From an uncultured Candidatus Saccharibacteria bacterium (GTDB lineage: Bacteria > Patescibacteriota > Minisyncoccia > Phycocordibacterales > UBA918): a stretch of DNA of 64,000 bases. The stretch is taken from positions 207,452 through 271,451 of the forward strand of contig CAZSOS010000001.1 in the NCBI GenBank assembly GCA_964608605.1. Direction: 5' to 3'. The notes under the pieces are model-generated. The model searched no databases. It worked only from the letters and a program-made list of their open reading frames with translations, and was not told where the DNA came from. Position 1 is the stretch's first letter, and each line of letters opens with the position of its first letter. Below are positions 38,309 to 48,812 of this stretch, one piece after another. A program made the position numbers and the translations under genes.

Positions 38309-41257
38309 ATGCAAAGAGAGCGGGAGGCGGGCGCAGCGTTCAATGAAGCGTACGCTTCATTGAACGCTGCGCAGAAACAGGCGGTGGACGCCATCGATGG
38401 CCCCGTCATGGTCATCGCCGGACCAGGGACAGGGAAGACGCAGATATTGGCGCTTCGGATCGCCAACATCCTCCTTAGGACCGATGCTCGGCCCGAGAAT
38501 ATCCTAGCTTTGACCTTCACCGACGCGGGTGCCAGCGCCATGCGCGAGCGGCTCCGCCGCTACCTGGGAGAAAGGGCCTACAAAGTGGCCATCCATACCT
38601 TCCACAGCCTCGCGGGCGAATTCATTCGGCGTTATCCCGATTGCTATCCCGGCATCATCGGCGGTCGGCCGGCCACCGACATCGAAAGGTTCTCCATCAT
38701 CGAGAGCATCATCGAAAGCGGCGGCTTCGTGGCCCTCCGGCCTCAGGGGGACCCGCTTTATTACGTGCGCAAGCTGCCAGGCGCGCTGGCCGATCTGAAG
38801 AAGGAGTACGTCACCCCCGACGTGCTGGCCGCCAGGATCGCTCATCTGGAAGAGCGTCTCGATCTGATGCCGAAATTCCACGAGAAAGGCGCCCACAAAG
38901 GCAAGGTGCGCGGCGAATACGGCCGGGAAGAGAAGCGCGTCATTAAACTAAAGGAACTGCTTCTGGTCTACCGCGCTTACCAAGCCGCGTTGCGAGAAAG
39001 GCGGCTCTTCGATTTCGAGGACATGATAGTGGAGACCGTGCGGGCGCTTCAGGACAACGAGGACATGCTGCGCGACCTGCAGGAGAGCTACCAGTATATC
39101 CTGGCCGACGAACATCAGGACGTGAACGAGGCCCAGAACAAGATCCTGGAACTGCTGGCTCATTTCCACGACCGGCCGAACATCTTCGCCGTCGGCGATG
39201 AAAAGCAGTCCATTTACCGCTTCCAAGGCGCCTCCCTCGACAACTTCCTTTACTTCGAAGACCGTTTCCCTGGGACCGAAGTCATAACCTTGACGGAGAA
39301 CTACCGCTCGACGCAGCCGATACTAGATCTAGCGCATCGGCACATCAAGAGCGACGACCCTGACCTGGCCAAACTGCGCGTGCCGCTTCAGGCGGGCCGC
39401 AGCTTCTCCTCCCCGGGCCGCCAGGAACTTCGCCGTTTCTCTCACGAAGCCGTCGAGGACGACTGGCTCATAGCGGAGGTAGAGAGACTCCTTAAGGCTA
39501 GGGTGCCAGCGGAGGAAATAGCCGTCATCGTCCGCTACAACCGAGACGTGGAGCATTTCGCCACGCTGTTGCGCCAACGCGATATCGACGTCAGCGCCTC
39601 GGCCGAAAGCGACATCCTGGATCATCCCATCACTAAGTCCACGGAGCAGCTTCTGATCGCCGCTTTGGAGGTGGACAATGAGACCGCTCTGTTCGACACC
39701 TTGCTAGGCGGCTGGTGGGGGCTTAAAGGAGGCGACCTGGCTCTAGCGCTCAGCGCCCGCTCCCATTCCCGTCCGCTGCGCCGCGTCATCGGAGACGAAG
39801 CGCTGCTCCTAGAGCTCGGCGTCGCCGACCCGGCCCCGATCCTCAGGGTCTCGCGCGTCCTCGAGTCCGCTAGAGATCTGGCGTCCACGACCGCACCGCA
39901 CCATTTGCTGCAGTCCCTATTTGAAGACAGCGGCTACCTCGACCACGTCATGTCGATCGACTCCATCGAAGGTGCCCGCGTGCTGCGCCGGCTTTATGAC
40001 GACATCGAATCCATGGTGGTCGAGGATCGCTCGACCACCGCGCGGGAAGTGCTTCGGCAGCTCCGCTACCGGCGCGATCATGGCTTAGCGCTCTCGGCCC
40101 CGTACATCGACGTCGACCAGACCGCCGTCCGGGTCATGACCGCCCACAAATCGAAAGGGCTCGAATTCCATACGGTGCTCATTCCGCGCGCCACCGACGC
40201 CGCTTTCGGCGCGTCCGACAAGAAGGACTATTTCAAACTGCCGCTGTCGGCACGGGAAACGGAAAGCGACCTGGAAGAGGAGGACGACCGTCGTCTGTTC
40301 TATGTGGCCATGACCCGCGCCAAGGAGAACCTGCTCATCTCCAGCTCCGAGACCGGCATCACTGGCAAGCACTGTGCCGCTAGCCGCTTCGCGGAAGCGC
40401 TGCCTCAAGGATCGATAGACGCCGTCTCCACTGCTGATGAAGAGGAAGACTTCGACCCGCTGCAGGCCTTGAAGGTCGGCCGACCCACTTTCACCGTCGA
40501 ACCCAAGTTCATCAAACAGCTCTTTCTGGCCCGCGGGCTGGCCGTCACCCACCTCAATAACTATCTGGAGGATCCGTTGAAATACTTTTACGAGAACCTG
40601 CTGCGCCGACCGCAGCCGCAAAGCCTGTCTCTTATGAAAGGGAACGCCGTGCATGAGGTCCTGGACCAGGCCATGAGGCGGTTCATCCGGGAAAAGGAGT
40701 GGCCTGACACCTCGACGATCGCGCGCGCGCTCCATGACGCTCTGGCACGGCTACCGATCAGCACGGTCGACATCGCCCGCACCCACGAGACCTCTCTGGC
40801 CGCCCTGACGGTCTACCTAGAAAGGCTGCGCTCATTAGCCGACGAACATTCGCGTCCGGAGTCGTCCTTCAAGGTCGCGCTCAGGACCGACGACCCAGAA
40901 CTGCCGGAGATACCGCTGACCGGCAAGATCGACCGCGTGGACTACGACCCAGAAGGCCGGGTCCTTCGGGTCATCGACTACAAGACCGGAAAGCCCAAAA
41001 GCCGCAACGAGATCGAAGGCAAGACCAAGAACGCCACTGGCAACTACAAGCGGCAGTTGGCTTTCTACGCTCTGCTTCTAGAACTGCAAGGTCTGGAGAC
41101 GGCTGGAGTGGAATTTGTCCTGTCCTTCGTGGAACCTAAGGAGAAGACCGGGGAGATCCTCGAACATTCGTTCACCATCGAGCGGGAAGAAGTAGAGACC
41201 TTGAAGGCGGAGATACTGCGGGTATCTAAAGAGATAATCTCCGGAGAAAGATTCTAG
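38309..41257 (+). CDS. UvrD/PcrA-family DNA helicase with C-terminal PD-(D/E)xK RecB-like nuclease domain
   Basis: N-terminal Walker A AGPGTGKTQ, helicase motifs, and the C-terminal IDYKTGK...QLAFYALL nuclease motif. Confidence 0.85.
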   Translation: MQREREAGAAFNEAYASLNAAQKQAVDAIDGPVMVIAGPGTGKTQILALRIANILLRTDARPENILALTFTDAGASAMRERLRRYLGERAYKVAIHTFHSLAGEFIRRYPDCYPGIIGGRPATDIERFSIIESIIESGGFVALRPQGDPLYYVRKLPGALADLKKEYVTPDVLAARIAHLEERLDLMPKFHEKGAHKGKVRGEYGREEKRVIKLKELLLVYRAYQAALRERRLFDFEDMIVETVRALQDNEDMLRDLQESYQYILADEHQDVNEAQNKILELLAHFHDRPNIFAVGDEKQSIYRFQGASLDNFLYFEDRFPGTEVITLTENYRSTQPILDLAHRHIKSDDPDLAKLRVPLQAGRSFSSPGRQELRRFSHEAVEDDWLIAEVERLLKARVPAEEIAVIVRYNRDVEHFATLLRQRDIDVSASAESDILDHPITKSTEQLLIAALEVDNETALFDTLLGGWWGLKGGDLALALSARSHSRPLRRVIGDEALLLELGVADPAPILRVSRVLESARDLASTTAPHHLLQSLFEDSGYLDHVMSIDSIEGARVLRRLYDDIESMVVEDRSTTAREVLRQLRYRRDHGLALSAPYIDVDQTAVRVMTAHKSKGLEFHTVLIPRATDAAFGASDKKDYFKLPLSARETESDLEEEDDRRLFYVAMTRAKENLLISSSETGITGKHCAASRFAEALPQGSIDAVSTADEEEDFDPLQALKVGRPTFTVEPKFIKQLFLARGLAVTHLNNYLEDPLKYFYENLLRRPQPQSLSLMKGNAVHEVLDQAMRRFIREKEWPDTSTIARALHDALARLPISTVDIARTHETSLAALTVYLERLRSLADEHSRPESSFKVALRTDDPELPEIPLTGKIDRVDYDPEGRVLRVIDYKTGKPKSRNEIEGKTKNATGNYKRQLAFYALLLELQGLETAGVEFVLSFVEPKEKTGEILEHSFTIEREEVETLKAEILRVSKEIISGERF

Positions 41258-41264
41258 ATCATTT

Positions 41265-41285
41265 ACACAAGTCAGACTTGTGTAA
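41265..41285. repeat. 21-bp perfect palindrome TACACAAGTCAGACTTGTGTA
   Basis: 8 nt after the helicase stop and before the terminator. Paralog of 6531-6547. Confidence 0.7.
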
Positions 41286-41289
41286 CGGG

Positions 41290-41330
41290 CTCAAAGGCTC
41301 GAAAAGGCCGGCCCTGGGGGCCGGCCTTTA
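41290..41330. terminator. bidirectional intrinsic terminator
   Basis: AAAGGCCGGCCCTGGGGGCCGGCCTTT. Confidence 0.75.
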
Positions 41331-41348
41331 TGGCACTCATAGAGTAAT

Positions 41349-42083
41349 TTATCGCAGCAGTCCGTCTATCAGCAACTTCACGGTCTCATAAGGCTGCGCG
41401 CCGTCGATGGCCGTCTTCTGGTCGCCGACGATCACCACCGAGTAAGGGGTGCCGATGGCGCCGATCTCAGCCGCGTTCACGGCGTTGTCCTCGATACCCT
41501 CCCGATGCCGGCCGCTGGCCACACAGGACTCGTAATCAGCCTTGGACACGCCGACGGTCTCAGCGAATTCCGGCAGGCGCACCAGATCGGTGCTGCCGGT
41601 CGAACCGCGCTCGCCGAAGACCAGGTCGGCGAATTTCCAAAAGGCTTCGTTGCCTCCCAGCTCCGCCACGCACTCCGACGCCTCGGCGATATGACCAGCG
41701 CTCGGATGCAGGGAAGTAATGGGCCAATGCCGATACACCCAGGCCACCTGTCCACCCGGACCGTACTCGTCCATGATCTTCTGCATGGTGGTGTGGAAGC
41801 GCTGGCAGAAAGGACAATCGAAGTCTGAATACTCGACTATAAGAAGCGGCGCGTTCGGGTTGCCGCGGATATGATCGTCGGCCGTGATGGGATCGACCTT
41901 CGATAGGTCGGCGGTCGGCGACTGGTTACCCAGCCCCGGAGCGACCGCTGCTTGCTTGCCACCGCTGAGGTAGATCGACGCGGCGATCAGACCGAAACCG
42001 ATAATGATCGCGGCCGGAATAGCCAGAGGGGAGCTACCCCTAGGCGCTCGCGCCACCGCGTTCTCAGTGTTTGTTTCATTCAT
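41349..42083 (-). CDS. DsbA-family thiol:disulfide oxidoreductase (membrane-anchored)
   Basis: N-terminal TM plus the thioredoxin-fold CPFC active site (YSDFDCPFCQRFH). Confidence 0.85.
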   Translation of the reverse strand: MNETNTENAVARAPRGSSPLAIPAAIIIGFGLIAASIYLSGGKQAAVAPGLGNQSPTADLSKVDPITADDHIRGNPNAPLLIVEYSDFDCPFCQRFHTTMQKIMDEYGPGGQVAWVYRHWPITSLHPSAGHIAEASECVAELGGNEAFWKFADLVFGERGSTGSTDLVRLPEFAETVGVSKADYESCVASGRHREGIEDNAVNAAEIGAIGTPYSVVIVGDQKTAIDGAQPYETVKLLIDGLLR

Positions 42084-42115
42084 ATGGCGAAATTATATCA
42101 TGCTATCATGGAGGC

Positions 42116-42925
42116 ATGGATGCTCTGAACAGTGCGTTATTCGGCCTGCTGCAGGGACTGACGGAATTCCTGCCGGTCTCCTCGACCGGGCACCTGGTCC
42201 TGCTTCACGAAGTCTTCGGCGCCGGAGACAACGACATGGCCTTCGACGCCGTCCTGCAACTGGCCACCGTCCTGGCGGTGGTGATCTACTTCCGCCGCGA
42301 TATCTTCGACATGGTGAACGCCGTGCTACGCCAGCTTTCCCGACTGCCGGTCAATCAGAAGGAGATCACCCTGGCCTACGCGCTTTTAGCCGGAACCATC
42401 CCGGCCATCATCTTCGGCCTGATGCTGGAATCATACATGGAGACCATCTTCCGCAGCCCGCTTTTCGTGGCCGGAGTGCTGGTCGCCGGCTCGGTGCTGT
42501 TCATGATCGCCGAGTGGGTATACATCACCAAGAAGCGCGACGACAAAGTGACGGTGATGAAAGGCTTCAAGATCGGCCTCTTTCAATGCCTGGCCCTGAT
42601 GCCCGGATTCTCCAGAAGCGGCGCCTCCATCGCCGGCGGCATGATCTTGGGCCTGACCCGCGCCGAAGCGGCCCGATTCTCATTCTTGCTGGCCGTGCCC
42701 GTCATTCTCGGTAGCGGCCTGAAGAAATTGTTGGACCTGATGATGGCCGGCGGCAGCGTCGCCTGGGGCGACCTGGCCGTGGCCGCCCTGGTCGCCTTCC
42801 TGGCGGGACTTTTCGCCATCCACTTTATGCTGTCCTTTGTCCGCCGCCACACCCTTTGGCCCTTCATTTGGTATCGTCTCATCCTGGCCGGCATCGTGCT
42901 CTTCGTCTTCTATTTTGGACAGTAG
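42116..42925 (+). CDS. uppP: undecaprenyl-diphosphate phosphatase
   Basis: GGAGG RBS. LQGLTEFLPVSSTGHL BacA/UppP signature. Confidence 0.9.
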   Translation: MDALNSALFGLLQGLTEFLPVSSTGHLVLLHEVFGAGDNDMAFDAVLQLATVLAVVIYFRRDIFDMVNAVLRQLSRLPVNQKEITLAYALLAGTIPAIIFGLMLESYMETIFRSPLFVAGVLVAGSVLFMIAEWVYITKKRDDKVTVMKGFKIGLFQCLALMPGFSRSGASIAGGMILGLTRAEAARFSFLLAVPVILGSGLKKLLDLMMAGGSVAWGDLAVAALVAFLAGLFAIHFMLSFVRRHTLWPFIWYRLILAGIVLFVFYFGQ

Positions 42926-43064
42926 AACACAACATCGGCGCATCGGCTGCCTGAAAATAGATGAGATGCTAGGAGCGCTAGCAAAATAATGCGAATGGGA
43001 CGATCTAGTCCAGTGAGTATTGTTTTGCGACGCGCGACAACGCAGATCGCAATTTTCAGACAGC

Positions 43065-43640
43065 CTAAAACGGCAACGCGTGGGTCATTGAAGAGTCTTC
43101 TTTAGTCAGCCAGGTGGATGTATCAAGTGGAATTTCGCGTTTGCGCGAGCCGTCTTTGAACTTCACGTGTCCATTCGCTAAGGCGTAGTCGAAAACCTTT
43201 TTGGTCACCTTCACGTCTTGGGTGCAGTATTTCTTGATCTCCTCGATCTTGCCCTCGCGCCACCAGCGGACGGCCTGCAGGCCGTCCGCTGACTTCTTGG
43301 CACCCACGGTGGCCTCGGCCACCGAATCGAGCCGCAACCGGCGGCCAAGCGAATTCTTGATCGACTCCAGAAGATCGATGCTTTTGATGGTCCTAAGGTC
43401 CCCGGGGTAGTACTTATTCAAAAGCGGGATATCGAAGTGGTTGGAATTGTATCCGACCAAGGCGTCGGCTCGTTCCAGTATCGGCCAGGCTTGCGCCAGT
43501 TCATCGATGGTCAAAGCGGTGTACTTGTCGGTCTCGCTGTCATAGAAACAACCGACCGAGATATCCAAACCAGCCGGGTCACTGCCGCCGACGTCTGAGA
43601 AGATATTCTGGGTTTCAAGGTCAAAGACGACGTATCGCAC
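43065..43640 (-). CDS. DEDD-family 3'-5' exonuclease (hypothetical function)
   Basis: GTG start. Exo motifs FDLET and YNSNHFD, plus the C-terminal H...D DnaQ-like fold. Confidence 0.7.
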   Translation of the reverse strand: MRYVVFDLETQNIFSDVGGSDPAGLDISVGCFYDSETDKYTALTIDELAQAWPILERADALVGYNSNHFDIPLLNKYYPGDLRTIKSIDLLESIKNSLGRRLRLDSVAEATVGAKKSADGLQAVRWWREGKIEEIKKYCTQDVKVTKKVFDYALANGHVKFKDGSRKREIPLDTSTWLTKEDSSMTHALPF

Positions 43641-43649
43641 GTTGCAAGT

Positions 43650-43745
43650 TCAAAAGTTAAAAGTCAAAATGGAAAATTACAGGGAAAAATTAAAAAATTC
43701 CAATTTTAACCTGTCATTTTGCATTTTGAGATTTGCATTTTACAT
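43650..43745 (+). repeat. AT-rich repeated intergenic element, copy B
   Basis: TGTCATTTTGCATTTTGAGATTTGCATTTTACATT and the upstream CAAAATGGAAAATT match copy A at 21855-21950. Sits between hisS and the exonuclease gene. Confidence 0.6.
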
Positions 43746-43748
43746 TCT

Positions 43749-44996
43749 TTATGCAAATCTGTCTGTAATTTTATCCAAATTGCCCGACACTTCTGTGCCA
43801 TCTGCAAGATTCCTGAGCACGTACTCGCCGCGTGCCACTTCGTCCTCACCGACCACCAGAATGTGTCCGGCGCCGGAATGATCAGCCGCGGCGATCTTCT
43901 TGCCAAGCTTCTTCGAAGAGATGTCCACCAGCACGGCCACGCCGGCATCCCGGAATTTCATCGCCGCCTTCTCGGCATCGAGGTTGAAGCCGGCTTCGGT
44001 CGGGATCACAATCAATTGCGCGCCGGCCTTCCTTTGCGGCAACAACCCGTGCGTCTCCAGGAAATCCCGCATGGTCACGTCGCCCATGCCGAAGCCGACG
44101 CCACCAATCTTCTCCTCTCCGAACAAGGAAGTGAGGTTGTCATAGCGGCCGCCGCCAAGCATCGAGCGATTATTCTTGGGGTCAGTATCGAATACCTCGA
44201 AGATAGTGCCGGTGTAGTAGTCGAAACCACGGGCCAAAGACCGATCGATCCTCACGTTGGTGATGCCGAGCTTCATCAAGGCTTTGGTGATCTCGTTCTC
44301 TGAGTCATCGGCACCTTCCACGAACCGCAAGATCTTGTCGGCCGCTTCGGGAGCCAGAGCCCGCAATCCTTCCAGATACTCGGCCCTCTCGATCTTATGG
44401 AAACGGTCGTTAAGACGGGTGATGGCGGTCATGGTGTCGACATCCTCCACGCCGACGCTTTTGTAGAAATTCGCCATCTCGCGCCGGTCGTTGACGGCGA
44501 TGGAGAACATCTCCGGACGAGCGCCGAAGTTTATCAGTGTCTGGTATGCCAGCGCGATAATCTCCACGTCGGCGGCGATATCATCCGACCCGAAGATGTC
44601 ACAGTTGAGCTGCCAGTGCTCGCGCACCCGGCCGCGCTGTGAGCGCTCGTAACGGAAAAGATTCGGGATCGAGTACCAGCGAGCCGGGAAGGCCAGTTCC
44701 TTGTGGCGACCGGCGATCATGCGCGCCACTGTCGGCGTCATCTCCGGCCGCAGCGTCACTTCGCGCTCGCCGCGGTCCAGGAAGGTATAGGTCTGTTCAT
44801 TGACCATCTCCTCGTTCTCGGCACCCTTGCTCTTGTAGAGTTCTGAAGGCTCCAGGACCGACGCGTCATAGCGCTCGAAGCCGAAACTTTCGGCCGTCCG
44901 ACTCCAAGTGTCAAAGATATGCTGTTGTACCGCCATATCCTCCGGATAAAAATCCCGCACGCCTTTGTACGGTTCGGTAGAGAGTTTAGAAGCCAT
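43749..44996 (-). CDS. hisS: histidyl-tRNA synthetase
   Basis: Class II motifs and the GGGRYDNL motif 3 region. 415 aa. Confidence 0.93.
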   Translation of the reverse strand: MASKLSTEPYKGVRDFYPEDMAVQQHIFDTWSRTAESFGFERYDASVLEPSELYKSKGAENEEMVNEQTYTFLDRGEREVTLRPEMTPTVARMIAGRHKELAFPARWYSIPNLFRYERSQRGRVREHWQLNCDIFGSDDIAADVEIIALAYQTLINFGARPEMFSIAVNDRREMANFYKSVGVEDVDTMTAITRLNDRFHKIERAEYLEGLRALAPEAADKILRFVEGADDSENEITKALMKLGITNVRIDRSLARGFDYYTGTIFEVFDTDPKNNRSMLGGGRYDNLTSLFGEEKIGGVGFGMGDVTMRDFLETHGLLPQRKAGAQLIVIPTEAGFNLDAEKAAMKFRDAGVAVLVDISSKKLGKKIAAADHSGAGHILVVGEDEVARGEYVLRNLADGTEVSGNLDKITDRFA

Positions 44997-45063
44997 AATT
45001 TAGTAGATTGTATGGTATTAGACCCCAATAAACAAGTTCGAATAACCCCATTGAAATCATTGG

Positions 45064-48000
45064 TTGTCTATGTATAATTCGCACATAATGAACGGCAAGA
45101 ATGTTACTGCCGCCGTACTGGTCGCTATACTCAGTGTCGGCCAGATCGCCTACGGAGCGACCGAAATATCTGAAGACATAGAGGGTGATATCACCTGGAC
45201 CGTTGCCAATAGTCCGTATATAGTCACTACCAACATAGGCTTCAGCCCTATCACTCCCGGCGCGACGCTTACAATAGAACCGGGGGTTGAGGTTAAATTT
45301 TCTCCTAATGCCAGTATCAGCATATTTGGCAATCTGATATCGAAAGGGGATGAAAACATGCCCATAAAATTCACTTCAACGGAACCCGACACTGCTTGGA
45401 GAATCAATATTTTTGACTCCCAAAATAGTGAATTACTCCATATCATCAACGGCTCCACTCTGGGTGGCATCGCGTCATACAATTCAAACATTCACGCGCG
45501 CGACCTCTCCGGCGACAGTGAGCTGATGTTGTTTGACGGAACCTCTGATCTTAAAGATATTTCTTTCACGAACAACAGGCTTTTTATCAACGGTGGATCG
45601 ACGATCATCAATGACCTAAATATCATCGGCGGTGGCGCGAGTTTTTTCGATACTAACGTCACGCTTCAAAACGCCAATATCAGCCATACAAATTCTTCTC
45701 CCGCCATCATCACTTCCGATCGAGCGGTCAGTTTTAATAACGTATACATAAACAACGCCGAGCATGGCATTATCGCCAGCAACGTACCTAACCTACAGCT
45801 ACATAACGCGGTCATTTCGAACGTTGTCAATAATGGACTGACCTTCGATGGAGGGTTGGCTAATTTGTCCAATGTATCCATAGAAAATTCCTACTATGGC
45901 GCCGGTCTTCAGGGCAGTCAGATATCCCTAGACGATCTCCATATTAATAATATCCAAGCCCCGGCGTTGCAGGTTAATGCTGATCTGACCAATATCTCCA
46001 ATTCTTCCTTCGCGAATGGTGCCAATACCGGCGTGAGTGTCAGCGGCGCGTCAGCCGAACTGCAAAATGTCACGATCACTGGTTTTCCAAACGCGCCAGC
46101 GCTATTGCCAAGTACCGCGAGCCTTCACGGCCAGCAATTGACTCTAAAGAACAACCTGATCGGTATTTATAACTACTCATCCGGCACCACCACTATCAGG
46201 CAAAGCAATATCAGCGACAATACCCAATTCGGAGCCATTGGCAGTAGAAGTGTATTAGATGCCAGAAATAACTTCTGGGGACACGCGGCCGGGCCGACAA
46301 CCGGCGACACTGGAAATCCTGAAACCATCATCAAAGGTGACGCGGTCGTAGGCAATGTGATGTATGAACCTTGGTTGGAGGAGTTCTGTGAATCCGCCTG
46401 TCATTCTAATATCATGTTTTTGCCGGGGATCATGTCATCTCGATTGTATGATGGGAGCGAACAACTTTGGGAGCCGGGGATATTCACCCGCGACAGAGAA
46501 TTTGAAGCGTTGTATCTGGACGCGGCTGGCAAAAGCATCCGCGATATTCATACGAAAGACGTGCTTGATAACGGCTATGCCTACGGCAAGCTCGTAGAAG
46601 ACCTGAATGAACTTAAAGCTGCTGGAACCATCAACGACTACGAGGCTGTGCCGTACGACTGGCGACTGTCGATAGAAGATATTTTAAATACCGGTACAAA
46701 GCGTGAAGACGGCTCTATCATCTATGGTAGCGCTACCTCAGAACCATATATTGAGAGCGCTCTCCGTCGCCTAGCCGCCAATTCCAAATCAGGCAAAGTG
46801 ACCATCATAGCGCACTCCAACGGCGGACTGGTCACCAAAGCCCTAATAAACCGCCTCAACAGTGAGGCGTCCGACCTTATCGATAAGGTTATCTTCGTCG
46901 CCGTCCCGCAACTCGGCACGCCGCAAGCTATCGGTGCCTTGCTTCACGGCTACAACGCCGGACAACCCGGCTTGTATCCGTTCATACTATCGCCAGAGCG
47001 CGCTCGGGACCTGGCCATCAATATGCCAATGATTTATCAGCTCATGCCGTTCGCTGATTATTACAATAGCGACGGCGCAACTATTTATACGCCTTATGTA
47101 AGCTTTGAGGACAGTGCCGCAACACAGTCATTCATAGACAAGTATGGGTACGACGTTAGACACGAACATTTGTATTCTTTCCTCATTGGTTCCGAAGGTC
47201 GCTCAACTCCAGCCTACGATGATAGAGAAAATCCAGCCCTAGCCAACGCAACGCTATTGGCCGAAGCCCAAACATTGCAGCAAGTCATCGATTCTTCCTG
47301 GACGGTCCCGGAGGGAATTGAGGTACACCAAATCGCTGGCGTTGGTGAGAGAACCTTGGCAGGCATTATCTATCAAACTTTCCCCGACTGCACAGAACGT
47401 GATTTCTTATTCCGCTGCCAACAATATGATAATCGTCTTACTTATTACCCAAACACGGTTATCGATGGCGATGGGACTGTAGTAGTACCTAGCGCGCTGG
47501 CAATGAGTACCACTAGCGATTCTGTGAAGAGGTGGTGGTTGAACTTACAGTCTTACAATGGAGCAACACCGAGTTTTTTGAGAGAGCAACACTCTGACAT
47601 ACTTGAAGTGGACGAATTGCGTCGTTTCATCATGGAAAATCTCCTTAAAGACGACCTGGCCAGTACACCAATCTTTATATCTTCTTCTGCTCCATACTTG
47701 GAACAGGGTAACCGTCTGGTCTTCACCCTCCATTCTCCGCTCGCACTTTCAGCCACCGACGAGCACGGGAATATAACCAACGAACAAGAAACCAGCATCC
47801 CCGGCGCTACCTACACCCGCTATGGCGAAGTTCAGGTTATCACAGTACCGACAGGCACCAAATTCACCCTGGTTCTCACTGGCGAAGCTGAAGGATCATT
47901 CACTCTGGAAATGGAGGAGTTCGAGGGTGACGACTTGGTGGATATCAGCACCTTCTCGGCCATACCTTCCAGCACCGATACTCTGGCTACCATCTTTTTC

Positions 48001-48369
48001 ACTGATGGTTCTCTGGAAAATGTGGGCGAACTGCAAATAGATCACAACGGCGACTCCATCGTAGACCTCACCTACACGCCGATACTCGGCGAGACAGTAA
48101 CCGCGCCCGACCCCATCGCCATGATCGTGGAGCGAATTATTTTAGGTGGTAGTAGCGGAGGTTCGCTACCGCTCGGCCGCGTGCTCGGAGTTTCTGATAA
48201 CACGCTCACTCTTGAACAACTGGCCCATATCGTCAAACAGTTACATATTGTCGTGACTGCACTCTCTCACCTAAGGGGCCAAATACCCGAAGAACAGTAT
48301 GCGACAATCTCTGGCCAAGTCCTCACGATATTAAGCACACTTGAGATGTTGCTACAGAGTAAAAGTTAG
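45064..48369 (+). CDS. large secreted protein: N-terminal parallel beta-helix repeats fused to an LCAT/PGAP1-like alpha/beta-hydrolase (lipase/acyltransferase) domain
   Basis: Signal peptide. PbH1-like repeats (NVxISN...). Central FLPGIMSSRLYDG, YDWR and IIAHSNGGLV motifs characteristic of the LCAT-like lipase family. GC is lower than in neighbouring genes. Confidence 0.75.
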   Translation: MSMYNSHIMNGKNVTAAVLVAILSVGQIAYGATEISEDIEGDITWTVANSPYIVTTNIGFSPITPGATLTIEPGVEVKFSPNASISIFGNLISKGDENMPIKFTSTEPDTAWRINIFDSQNSELLHIINGSTLGGIASYNSNIHARDLSGDSELMLFDGTSDLKDISFTNNRLFINGGSTIINDLNIIGGGASFFDTNVTLQNANISHTNSSPAIITSDRAVSFNNVYINNAEHGIIASNVPNLQLHNAVISNVVNNGLTFDGGLANLSNVSIENSYYGAGLQGSQISLDDLHINNIQAPALQVNADLTNISNSSFANGANTGVSVSGASAELQNVTITGFPNAPALLPSTASLHGQQLTLKNNLIGIYNYSSGTTTIRQSNISDNTQFGAIGSRSVLDARNNFWGHAAGPTTGDTGNPETIIKGDAVVGNVMYEPWLEEFCESACHSNIMFLPGIMSSRLYDGSEQLWEPGIFTRDREFEALYLDAAGKSIRDIHTKDVLDNGYAYGKLVEDLNELKAAGTINDYEAVPYDWRLSIEDILNTGTKREDGSIIYGSATSEPYIESALRRLAANSKSGKVTIIAHSNGGLVTKALINRLNSEASDLIDKVIFVAVPQLGTPQAIGALLHGYNAGQPGLYPFILSPERARDLAINMPMIYQLMPFADYYNSDGATIYTPYVSFEDSAATQSFIDKYGYDVRHEHLYSFLIGSEGRSTPAYDDRENPALANATLLAEAQTLQQVIDSSWTVPEGIEVHQIAGVGERTLAGIIYQTFPDCTERDFLFRCQQYDNRLTYYPNTVIDGDGTVVVPSALAMSTTSDSVKRWWLNLQSYNGATPSFLREQHSDILEVDELRRFIMENLLKDDLASTPIFISSSAPYLEQGNRLVFTLHSPLALSATDEHGNITNEQETSIPGATYTRYGEVQVITVPTGTKFTLVLTGEAEGSFTLEMEEFEGDDLVDISTFSAIPSSTDTLATIFFTDGSLENVGELQIDHNGDSIVDLTYTPILGETVTAPDPIAMIVERIILGGSSGGSLPLGRVLGVSDNTLTLEQLAHIVKQLHIVVTALSHLRGQIPEEQYATISGQVLTILSTLEMLLQSKS

Positions 48370-48387
48370 ATAGATTATAATGAGATT

Positions 48388-48807
48388 ATGGAATTTTTCT
48401 CTAAGAAAAACACTCTCGTCGTTAGCCTTTTAGGTACGATCGTCTTGTCGTCACTGACGATAGTGTCTTTTTCTGAAATCTGCCGCTATAGCCAAGCATG
48501 TGTTTCCTTATTTGTAAGGTATGATCTTTGGGATTGGGCAAATTATATCTTGATAACACCACTCATTCTGCTGCTCTCTCTTTTGACTTACTGGCTTAAT
48601 CAGAGAGTCTTTGAATCCTGGAAAAAGTTTGCTGTGATTGGGGTTCCTATTGTGCTGGTTCTGACATACTTCATCACCCGTCCGACCGGCGGCAGTAACT
48701 TTTTTACGATGGATTGGTCGTTGTATTTCTTAGCTGTTATTTACGGTCTCTTTTTCTTGATCTCCTTGATCATCATTATGGTCTCCGTACTTCGGAGTCG
48801 ACGCTAA
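48388..48807 (+). CDS. 4-TM membrane protein (hypothetical)
   Basis: AT-rich ORF 19 bp after the large secreted protein gene, with four hydrophobic helices. Confidence 0.5.
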   Translation: MEFFSKKNTLVVSLLGTIVLSSLTIVSFSEICRYSQACVSLFVRYDLWDWANYILITPLILLLSLLTYWLNQRVFESWKKFAVIGVPIVLVLTYFITRPTGGSNFFTMDWSLYFLAVIYGLFFLISLIIIMVSVLRSRR

Positions 48808-48812
48808 AGAAC

